A stretch of DNA of 25,773 bases. It comes from Actinomycetota bacterium (GTDB lineage Bacteria; Actinomycetota; Acidimicrobiia; IMCC26256; PALSA-610). The notes under the pieces were generated by a model that was given only the letters and a program-made list of their open reading frames with translations, made no database searches and was not told the DNA's origin. Below are positions 14,735 through 24,700 of this stretch, piece by piece. Where the stretch lies: the NCBI GenBank assembly GCA_046727335.1, contig JBKPCL010000008.1, positions 1 through 25,773 on the forward strand, given 5' to 3'. The number at the start of each line of letters is the position of its first letter. Positions within the stretch are counted from its first letter, which is position 1. Made by a program: the position numbers and the translations under genes.

Positions 14735-16810
14735 TCAGTGATCGGTCGGCGGCTCCTCCGGCGGAGCCGGCGCGCGGCCACCGTCGGGTTCGGCGGCGGC
14801 CTCGATCGACGGCGGTGGAGTGACGGCCGCGGCACCGCTCGGTTGACCGCTTCCGTGACCGTTCGTCCCGAGCGTGCGCATGAGCGTGGCCGCGAGGCCT
14901 TCCACCGCGCCGCCCCCACCGGCGACCAAAACCTCGGGAACGACCGTGATCTTCCCTTCGGCGACCGCGTTGGCGACAGCGACCAGTGCGGTCGCTGTCT
15001 GACCCAGCGCTTGCGTCTGGGCCTTGAACCCTTCGGCACGCGCGAGTCCCAGCGCCTCGGTCGCCTTGGCTTCGGCGAGGCCGATCGCCTGGGTCTTGGC
15101 GGCTTCGGCCTTGCCGGTGAGCTCGACGAAGGCCGCCTCACCGCGCGCTTGCGCCTCGCGTGCCTGCGCTTCGTTGCTGCGGATCTCGATGCCGACGGTC
15201 GACGCGGCGAGCTGCACCTGCATGTCCGCGGTGCCGCGCGCCTTCTCCATCTCGACGCGCGCGAGCTCGGCGCGCTGCTGCTCGGCGAACGTCGCCTTCT
15301 CCTGGTTGGCGATCTCCCGCTTCGTCAACACCACGACGAGCTCCTGCGGGAACTCGACGTCTTGGATGTACACACCGCGTGTCTCGACGTCGTACGCCGA
15401 GAGGTAGGCGGTGATCGCCTGGTAGGCGCTCGCCTGGACCTCACCGCGTGTCTCGATGAAGCGGACCGCTTCGAGCGACTGCAGCGTGTTGCGGAAGTGG
15501 TTGCCGACCGCGGCCTGGAGCACCTCGTTCACCAGGTTCTGCATCGTGCCGACCATCGAGATGACCTTGGGCGCGCGTGTGTCGGGCACGTGGATCTGCA
15601 CCTGGAGATCGATGCGGAAGACGAAACCTTCGCGGCTCTTCGCTTCGATCGGCGACAAGTGGGCGTCGAGGTTGTGCGCGGTCGACACCGCTTCCGCCCA
15701 GTTGAGCGTCAGGATCGATGTCGGCACGATCTCCGCCGCGTACACACGCGGGTTGATCGGGTACTTGCCGGTGCGTAGCGGCTCGGACCAGATGCCGCGA
15801 TGCCCGGGCCGCACGATCGCGCCGAATTTGAACTCCGCGCCCGACGTGTCGAGGGTGGGCAGGCCGACGTACGCCTTGATGACGGCGACCTCGCCCTGGT
15901 TCACGACGAGCATCGGCACCATCTCGACCCGCACGAGGAACGGGTTCAGCAAGTACGCGCCGTACAGCAGCGGATCGTGCTGCAAACCGATCCGGCCACC
16001 TGCGTCCAAGAAGCCTTGGTAGTCCTGGTAGTTGTTGTGGAGGTCGTTCTTGCTGCCGAGGAGGACCTCGATCGTCGAGCTGTCGCTGGCTTCGTCGTCC
16101 GGGTTGCCTTCGATCCGGGCGATGTCGTCGAACCCTCCGAGTCGACTCGCGATGTCACCCGACGGCAGGGGCTCGCCTTCGAGCGTCGTGACGATGCCGA
16201 TCATGTCTTGCGGCCCGCGCGGCGCGATCACGACGACCTGCAGCTGCTCGGGTGACAAGCCGAACGACTCCGGCCGCAACTGACCACCCGTGGACTTGGC
16301 GCGCTCGGTCAGCTCCGGTGACACCGGCAACCCGTAGACCTTCCGCGACGTGACGATGAGGAACGCGACCGGGTGGATGGGGAGCAGGGTGCCCGGAGGG
16401 AGGACGGGGCGCTGCACGCCTTTCCCGCCGCCGCCATCGACGAAGCGCCGGAGGTTGGAGAAGTTCTCGAATTCCGCCTTGTAGATCGCGCTCTTGGCGC
16501 CGATCGGGAGCGGCGCGCCGACCTGAGCGATGACGACGCCGATCTCCCCCGCGGGAACCTGCACCCACGGGTACTTCTTCACGTTGAAGACGGGCCACAG
16601 CTTGAAGCGCAGACCCGGCGTCAAGAGCTCGGCTTGATAACCCGCCTCGCCGTGGAAGGCGATCGGGTTGTCCTCCGGGAGCTTGCGGAACGAGAACCGC
16701 TTGACCACCAGGCCGACCTCGGTGGGCCCGATCGAGTTGACCGACTTGAACGCGCCGATCACCACGAAGAGGGCGACCAGAACGATGACGATGATCACGA
16801 TGGCAGACAC
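14735..16810 (-). CDS. SPFH/band-7 domain protein, flotillin-like (691 aa)
   Basis: An N-terminal TM anchor (MSAIVIIVIVLVALFVVIGAF) is followed by a band-7 domain. A long Ala/Glu/Gln-rich coiled-coil follows (…EKARGTADMQVQLAASTVGIEIRSNEAQAREAQARGEAAFVELTGKAEAAKTQAIGLAEAKATEALG…), typical of flotillin/YqiK. Confidence 0.85.
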   Translation of the reverse strand: MSAIVIIVIVLVALFVVIGAFKSVNSIGPTEVGLVVKRFSFRKLPEDNPIAFHGEAGYQAELLTPGLRFKLWPVFNVKKYPWVQVPAGEIGVVIAQVGAPLPIGAKSAIYKAEFENFSNLRRFVDGGGGKGVQRPVLPPGTLLPIHPVAFLIVTSRKVYGLPVSPELTERAKSTGGQLRPESFGLSPEQLQVVVIAPRGPQDMIGIVTTLEGEPLPSGDIASRLGGFDDIARIEGNPDDEASDSSTIEVLLGSKNDLHNNYQDYQGFLDAGGRIGLQHDPLLYGAYLLNPFLVRVEMVPMLVVNQGEVAVIKAYVGLPTLDTSGAEFKFGAIVRPGHRGIWSEPLRTGKYPINPRVYAAEIVPTSILTLNWAEAVSTAHNLDAHLSPIEAKSREGFVFRIDLQVQIHVPDTRAPKVISMVGTMQNLVNEVLQAAVGNHFRNTLQSLEAVRFIETRGEVQASAYQAITAYLSAYDVETRGVYIQDVEFPQELVVVLTKREIANQEKATFAEQQRAELARVEMEKARGTADMQVQLAASTVGIEIRSNEAQAREAQARGEAAFVELTGKAEAAKTQAIGLAEAKATEALGLARAEGFKAQTQALGQTATALVAVANAVAEGKITVVPEVLVAGGGGAVEGLAATLMRTLGTNGHGSGQPSGAAAVTPPPSIEAAAEPDGGRAPAPPEEPPTDH

Positions 16811-16869
16811 TGCAACACCATCTCCTTCCCCACGAGTTCCCCGCTGCGTCGACCCTACCTCTCTGCGCG

Positions 16870-18315
16870 ATGTGCTCGGTCGTGAACGAGAATCACGTGG
16901 TGCGTGACTCTTCCGAAGCCGCGCGGCGCGACGGCGTCTGGAGTCCGAACCGGCGCGCGCTCACGCTCGGCCTCGCCTTGACGATCACGCTCGTCGGCTT
17001 CGAGGCCTTGGCGATCGCGACCGTGCTGCCCGACGTCAATCGCGATCTGCACGGCATCAGTCTCTACGGATGGGTGTTCAGCGGCTTCTTCCTCGGCAGC
17101 CTGCTCGGGATCGTCGACGCCGGCCGTCAGTCCGATCGCCGCGGCCCGGCCGCGCCGTTCGTCGTCGGCATCACCTTGTTCGGGCTCGGTCTGCTGGCCG
17201 GCGGGCTCGCGCCGTCGATGCCCGTGCTGGTCGCGGCGCGTTGTGTGCAGGGGATCGGCGCGGGCGCGATCCCGGCGGTCGGGTACGTCGCAATCGGGCG
17301 CGCGTATCCGGCGTCGTTGCAGCCCCGGATGTTCGCGATCCTCTCGACCGCGTGGGTGCTGCCGGGAGTGATCGGACCCGCGATCAGCGGCGCCGTCGCC
17401 GACCACGTCGGTTGGCGGGCAGTGTTCTTGGGCCTGCTGCCATTGGTCGTGTTCGCGGGCGCGATGACGATCGGGTCGCTTCGCCGTATCGAACCCGAGC
17501 CCGATATCGACGTCGAAGATCACCGCGTCCACGCGTTGCTGCTCACGCTCGGCGCCGCGCTCGTCCTCGGCGCCGGGTCGTCGCGCAACATTGTGGTCGC
17601 CATCCCCCTCGCACTGATTGGTTCGTTGGTCGCGGTTCCTGCGTTTCTTCGTCTCGTTCCGCGCGGCACCGTGAGGTTGGCAGGGCCGATCCCCGCGGCG
17701 GTCGGTACGCGCGGCGTCCTCACGTTCGCCTTCTTCGGTGTCGACGCGTACGTGTCCCTCGTGTTGACGTCGCTTCGACACACCAGCACGACGCTCGCCG
17801 GCGTCGCGCTCACCGCGGCGACCTTGTTCTGGACGGCTGGCGCGTGGGTCCAGGAGCGCAGGGTGCACACGATCGGCCCGCGTGCCTTCGTGCGCGCAGG
17901 CTTCGCCGTCATCGCCTGCGGCATCGGTCTCATGGTGTGCGTCGTCGAGTTCACGGTGCCCGTCGCCGTCGCGGTCCTGGCCTGGGGCATCGCCGGCTTC
18001 GGGATGGGGATCGCCTATGCGCCCGGGTCGTTGACCGTCCTCGCGTTCGCGCCCGCGGGGAAGGAAGGGCGAGCGAGCGCGTCCCTCCAACTGTGCGACA
18101 CGCTGGGCGTCGCGCTCGGCACCGGTGCCGTGGGCGCCGTCGTCGCGGCGGGCGCGGCACTCGGTTGGGCACGATCGACGCCGCTCCTCGTGTCGTTCGC
18201 GGTCCTCGGCGTCGTTGCCGTGTTCGGCTCGATCATGAGCGTCCGGCTGCCGCGGGAGCTGCCCGAGTCGGCACGAGCGCTGCACAACGCGCCCGTGCAA
18301 CGAATGCACGAGTAG
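16870..18315 (+). CDS. MFS transporter
   Basis: The 481-aa polytopic protein has MFS signatures (GRQSDRRGPAAPFVVGITLFGLGLL; two 6-TM halves). The true start may be a downstream GTG (~16897). Confidence 0.8.
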   Translation: MCSVVNENHVVRDSSEAARRDGVWSPNRRALTLGLALTITLVGFEALAIATVLPDVNRDLHGISLYGWVFSGFFLGSLLGIVDAGRQSDRRGPAAPFVVGITLFGLGLLAGGLAPSMPVLVAARCVQGIGAGAIPAVGYVAIGRAYPASLQPRMFAILSTAWVLPGVIGPAISGAVADHVGWRAVFLGLLPLVVFAGAMTIGSLRRIEPEPDIDVEDHRVHALLLTLGAALVLGAGSSRNIVVAIPLALIGSLVAVPAFLRLVPRGTVRLAGPIPAAVGTRGVLTFAFFGVDAYVSLVLTSLRHTSTTLAGVALTAATLFWTAGAWVQERRVHTIGPRAFVRAGFAVIACGIGLMVCVVEFTVPVAVAVLAWGIAGFGMGIAYAPGSLTVLAFAPAGKEGRASASLQLCDTLGVALGTGAVGAVVAAGAALGWARSTPLLVSFAVLGVVAVFGSIMSVRLPRELPESARALHNAPVQRMHE

Positions 18316-18331
18316 GGCACACTGAGCCCAG

Positions 18332-18613
18332 ATGCCGGACGATCCGATCCCCCAGCTTGCCGACGCGCTGCGGGCGACCGGTGAAGCGCACCATCAAGCC
18401 TTCATCGCGACCGACGGCGCTGATCCCGAATGGCCGCTCTGGTACGCGGATCATCTCCAGCCGATCGTCTCCGATGCGGTCGGCAAAGACGTGACGCGTG
18501 CACAGATCGTCTGGGCCCTCGTCGACGCCGAGCGATCGGTCCCGGCGAAGGAGCCGTGGCCGACCGCGTACGCGCACCACATCGTCGACACACTCGGCGG
18601 CTCGGCGGCCTAG
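18332..18613 (+). CDS. small hypothetical protein (93 aa)
   Basis: It is a non-Arg-biased ORF with normal composition (MPDDPIPQLADALRATGEAHHQAFIATDGADPEWPLWYADHLQPIV...). It fills the gap between the MFS gene and the giant repeat gene. No family was recognised. Confidence 0.35.
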   Translation: MPDDPIPQLADALRATGEAHHQAFIATDGADPEWPLWYADHLQPIVSDAVGKDVTRAQIVWALVDAERSVPAKEPWPTAYAHHIVDTLGGSAA

Positions 18614-18727
18614 TCCGATTCGCGCGAGTCGTGGCTAAATCGGAGAAAGACAGCCGCCATCTCCTCTTCCAGACGCGTCGTCCACCCTGTACCTTCCGCG
18701 GTTGCGGGCGGATCAGGGAGGGGCAGG

Positions 18728-21700
18728 GTGGGACTCGGACGTCGCGGCCTGGTGCTGGTCGCAGCCCTAACGCTGTTCACGCTCATGCCGGTGCGTCCGG
18801 CGTTCGCAGCGGCACCCGTTGCATCGGACGGAACAGCGACCGTCGTTGAAGACACGCCGACGCCGATCACGCTGGATGCGACCGACGCGGACGGGGACAC
18901 GCTGACGTATAGCGTCGTCGACCAGCCGACCCACGGGCAGGTGACGTGCGATTCCGCGGGATCGTGCACGTACACGCCAGACCTCAATTACAACGGCTCC
19001 GACTTGTTCACGTTCAGCGCGAACGACGGCACCAGCGACTCCAACACCGCGACTGTCACCATCACGGTCACGCCGGTCAACGATCCGCCCGTCGCGAGCA
19101 ACGCGACGCTGAGCGTTCCCGAGGACGGCAGCGCGCCGATCACGCTCGTCGCGCTCGATCCCGACCTCGATCCACTCACGATCAGCATCGTCGATCAGCC
19201 GACGCACGGAACGCTCACCTGCGACTCGGCGGAATCGTGCACGTATACGCCCGACGCGCTGTACCACGGCACCGACTCGTTCACCTTCAACGCCAACGAC
19301 GGGACGGTCGACTCGAACACCGCGACGGTGAGCATCACGGTCACGCCGGTGAACCACCCGCCCGTCGCCAGCAACGGCACGCTCACGGTCGCCGAAGACA
19401 GCGGCGCCTCGCCCGTGACGCTGCACGCGACCGACGTCGACGGCGACCCGCTCACCTATGCGATCGTCGCCCAGCCCCCGCACGGCACGGTGGGTTGTGA
19501 CGCCGGCGGCTCACCGAACTGCACCTACACACCCGATGCGCTCTACAGCGGCCCGGACTCGTTCACGTTCCGCGCCAACGACGGCACCGTCAACTCGAAC
19601 ACCGCCACGATCAGCGTGACGGTGTCGGCCGTCAACCACGCGCCGGTCGCGAGCAACGGCACCATGAGCGTCGCCGAAGGCGGCAGCGGCCCGGTCACCT
19701 TGAGTGCGTCGGACCCCGACGGGGACTCGCTGACGTACACAATCCTCACTCAACCCGGCCACGGCACGGTGTCGTGCACCCCGTCCGGATCACCGAACTG
19801 CACCTATGCAACGAGCGCTCCGAACTACAACGGCTCGGACGCGTTCACCTTCCGCGCCGACGACGGCCAGCTCAACTCGAACGTCGCCACGGTCAACGTC
19901 ACGGTCACGCCGGTCAACGACCCGCCGGTCGCGACGAACGGCACCATGACCGTGCCCGAGGACGGCAGCGGCGGTGTGACGTTGCACGCCACCGACATCG
20001 ACAGCCCCACGCTGACCTACTTCATCGTCGCCCAGCCCGCACACGGCAACGTGATCTGCAACCCGTCCGGCGGACCGACGTGCACCTACACCGCCAGCGA
20101 CGCCAACTACAACGGGCCCGACTCGTTCACCTTCCGCGCCAATGACGGCCAACTCAACTCCAACATCGCCACCGTCGACGTCACGGTGACCCCAGTCAAC
20201 GATCCGCCCGTCGCTAGCGACGACACGCTGACGGTGTCGGAAGGCAACAGCGCGCCGATCACGCTCACCGCGAGCGATGTCGACGGCGACTCACTCACCT
20301 ATGCGATCGTCGCGAACCCGCAGCATGGCAACGTCAGCTGCGGAGCCGGCGGTTCACCGGACTGCACCTACACGCCGGATGCCAACTACAGCGGTGCCGA
20401 CTCGTTCACCTTCCGCGCCAATGACGGGACGGCCAATTCCAACACCGCGACCATCAGCGTCACCGTCTCGGCGGTGAACCACGCACCCACCGCCAGCAAC
20501 GGAACCTTGAGTGTCGCCGAAGGCGGCAGTGCTCCGCTCACCTTGTCCGCGTCCGACCCTGACGGTGATTCGCTCACCTATTCCATCGTGGCCCAGCCGA
20601 CCCACGGAACCGTCACGTGCGCTCCCGCCGGCTCAGCGAGCTGCACCTATACAACGAGCGCCCCGAACTACAACGGCTCGGACGCGTTCACGTTCCGCGC
20701 CAACGACGGGCAGCTCGACTCGAACGTCGCCACCATCAACGTCACCGTCACCCCCGTGAACGACCCGCCGGTTGCGACGAATGGAACGATGACCGCGCCC
20801 GAGGACGGCAGCGGCGGCGTCACGCTGCACGCGACCGATGTCGACAGCCCCACCCTCACCTACTTCATCGTCACCCAGCCCGCGCACGGCAACGTGGTGT
20901 GCAGCCCGGGCGGCTCGCCGAACTGCACGTACACCGCGACCGACCAGGACTACAACGGTCCCGACTCGTTCACCTTCCGCGCCAACGACGGCCAACTCGA
21001 CTCCAACACCGCGACCGTCACCGTGACCGTGACGCCGGTCAACGACCCGCCCGTCGCCACCAACGGCACCGTGGGCGTTGCCGAAGGCGGCAGCGCGTCG
21101 GTCACGCTGCACGCGACCGACGTCGACGGCGACCCACTCACCTATGCGATCGTGGCCCAGCCCCCGCACGGCACGGTGGGTTGTGACGCCGGCGGCTCAC
21201 CGAACTGCACCTACACGCCCGATGCGCTCTACAGCGGGCCGGACTCGTTCACCTTCCGCGCCAACGACGGCACCGTCAACTCCAACACCGCCACGATCAG
21301 CGTCACCGTCTCGTCCGTCAACCACGCGCCGGTCGCGAGCAACGGCACCATGAGCGCGTCCGAGGACGGCAGCGGCGGAGTAACGCTGCCGGCTACCGAT
21401 CCGGACGGCGACTCGCTCACCTATTCGATCGTCACTCAGCCCACCCACGGACATGTCGGCTGCACTCCGTCGGGTGCGCCGACGTGCACGTACTCGTCGA
21501 CGGATCCCAACTACAACGGACCCGACTCGTTCACCTTCCGGGCCAACGACGGCAGCCTCGACTCGAACGTCGGGACGATCAGTGTCACCGTCACACCGGT
21601 GAACGATCCGCCTGTCGCGACCAACAGCACCGCGAGCATTCCCGAGGACGGCAGCGGCGGCGTGACCCTCCACGCCACCGACATCGACACCGCCACACTC

Positions 21701-24700
21701 ACGTACGCGATCGTCACCCAACCGAGTCACGGCACGGTGACCTGCGGTCCAGGCGGCTCACCGAACTGCACCTACACCGCGACCGACCAGGACTACAACG
21801 GTCCTGACTCGTTCACGTTCCGCGCCAACGACGGCCAGCTCAACTCCAACACCGCGACGATCAGCGTCACGGTCACGCCTGTCAACGACCCGCCCGTCGC
21901 CACCAACGGATCCCTGGGCGTTGCCGAGGGTGGCAGCGCGCCGGTGACGCTGCAGGCGACCGACGTCGACGGCGACACACTTTCATACGCGATCGTCACG
22001 CAACCGAGTCACGGCACCGTGACGTGCGGTGCCGGCGGCTCACCGAACTGCACCTACACACCCGATGCGCTCTACAGCGGCCCGGACTCGTTCACCTTCC
22101 GGGCCAACGACGGCACCGTCAACTCCAACACCGCCACGATCAGCGTCAACGTCTCCGCCGTCAACCACTCGCCGGTCGCGAGCAACGGCACATTGAGCGC
22201 GGCAGAAGGCGGTAGCGCACCGGTCACGCTCAGTGCGAGCGACCCCGACGGTGATCCACTTACTTATTCGATCCTCACCCAACCCGGACATGGCACCGTG
22301 TCGTGTAACCCGGCCGGCGCTCCGACCTGCACCTACACCGCGACCGAGCCGAACTACAACGGCCCTGACGCGTTCACCTTCCGCGCCAACGACGGCCAGC
22401 TCAACTCCAACACCGCGACGATCAGCGTCACGGTCACGCCTGTCAACGACCCGCCCGTCGCCACCAACGGCACCCTCACCGTCGCCGAAGACTCGAGCGC
22501 ATCCGTCACCTTGCATGCGACCGACGTCGACAGCCCATCACTCACCTATGCGATCGTGGGCCAGCCCGCGCACGGCAACGTGATCTGCAACCCGGCGGGC
22601 TCACCGACCTGCACGTATACCGCGACCGACACCGACTACAACGGCGCGGACGTCTTCACGTTCCGAGCGAACGACGGCCAGACGAACTCCAACGTCGCGA
22701 CGATCAGCGTCACCGTCACGCCGGTGAATGACGCGCCGGTGGCCAGCGACGGCACGGTGACCGTCGCCGAGGAGTCCAGCGCGCCGGTCACGTTGCACGC
22801 GACCGACGTCGACAGCGGGACGCTCACCTACACGATCGTCAGTCAACCCGTGCACGGCCAGGTCGGATGCATTCCGGACGGATCGCCGAACTGTACGTAC
22901 ATCGCGACCGACCCGAACTACAACGGTCCCGACTCGTTCACGTTCCGCGCCAGCGACGGCCAGGCCGACTCGAACACGGCAACGATCAATGTGACGGTCA
23001 CACCCGTCAACGATCCACCCGTCGCCGCTGATGGCACCCTCACCGTCGCGGAAGACGGCAGCGCGCCGCTCACACTCCACGCCACCGACATCGACAGCCC
23101 CTCGCTGACGTACACCATCGTGGGCGCTCCGGCCCACGGCCAGGTGACCTGCAACCCGGCCGGCGCCCCGACCTGCACCTACACAGCAAACGACTTGAAC
23201 TACAACGGCCCCGACTCGTTCACGTTCCGCGCCAACGACGGCCAGAGCGCGTCGAACATCGCAACCGTGACGGTCACGATCACGCCCGTGAACGACCCGC
23301 CCGTCGCGACCAACCGCACGGTGTCAGTTCCGGAGGACAGCTCCAGTGCGGTAACGCTGAGCGCGACCGATCCCGACGGCGATGCGCTGTCCTACTCCGT
23401 CGTCACGCCGCCCACGCATGGCGCGGTGGCCTGCACGCCGGCCGGCTCGCCGAACTGCACGTACACCGCGACCGAGCTCAACTACAACGGCCCCGACACC
23501 TTCACGTACAAAGCCAACGACGGTCAGGCCGACTCGAACATTGCGTCCGTGAGTGTCACGGTGACACCCGTCAATGATCCGCCGGTCGCGACCAACGGCA
23601 CCCTGACCGTCGCCGAGGATGGCAGCGCGCCGGTCACCCTGCATGCGATCAACATCGACGGCGACATCCTGAACTACTCGATCGTGACCCAGCCGCTCCA
23701 CGGCGTCGTGACGTGCACACCGGCCGCATCGCCGAACTGCACCTACACCGCGACCGACCTGAACTTCAACGGCTCCGACTCGTTCACCTTCAAAGCCAAC
23801 GATGGGCAGCTTGACTCGAACGTCGCAACGGTCACGGTCACGATCACGCCTGTCAACGACGCCCCCGTCGCGCTGGATGGCGCGATCTCGGTCGGGAACG
23901 ATGGGCTGGAAGCCTTCACGCTCGCCGCGAGCGACGTCGACGCCGACCCGCTCACGTACACCATCCTCACGCAGCCCGCGCACGGCACCGTCACATGCAC
24001 ACCGGCGGGCAGTCCCAGCTGCACATTCACGACGACCGACAGCCACTTCACGGGCAACGACCAGTTCACCTTCCGCGCCAATGACGGTCATGTGAACTCG
24101 AACGTTGCGACCGTGATCGTCGCGGTCGCGTCGATCAACCAGCCGCCCATCGTGACCAACGGGACGCTGTCGGTTCCCGAAGACGGCAGCGCACCGATCA
24201 CGCTCACCGGCACCGACCACGAGAACGACCAGCTGACGTTCTCGATCATCGCGGCGCCGATCCACGGCACCGTCGTCTGCAACCCGCTCGGGCCGCAATC
24301 GGTGGCGTGCACGTTTACCGCCAACGACCCGAACTACAACGGTCCCGACTCGTTCACGTACCGAGCGAACGACGGTCAGGCCGACTCGAACATCGGCACG
24401 GTGTCTGTCACGATCACGCCGGTCGACGACGCTCCCGTCGCGGCCGCGGGCACCTTGACGCTCGACGAGGACACCAGCGCGCCCATCACACTTCACGCAA
24501 CCGACATCGACAGCGGCTCTCTCACCTACGCGATCGTCACCCAGCCGGCCCACGGCTCTGTGAACTGCAGCCCGGCCGCTGCCGCGACCTGCACCTACGA
24601 CGCGACCGACCTCAACTACAACGGCCCGGATTCGTTCACGTTCCGCGCCAACGACGGACAGCTCAACTCGAACGTCGCAACGGTCACCGTGACCATCACG

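Noticed and set aside
16855-18494. 484-aa minus ORF and 474-aa plus ORF overlapping the MFS transporter gene
   Set aside because: The compositions are Arg/Asp/Gly-rich and Arg-rich. The MFS frame has clear TM-helix periodicity.
18946-24553. Numerous 60-410-aa ORFs on both strands inside the repeat gene (e.g. 18946..19500 +, 20617..21186 +, 23324..24553 -, 24307..25326 +) and their periodic recurrence
   Set aside because: They are alternate-frame or antisense echoes of the 282-nt coding repeat (Arg/His/Gly-rich). The true frame is the single uninterrupted one starting at 18728. The periodicity reflects the protein repeats, not a CRISPR array or independent genes.
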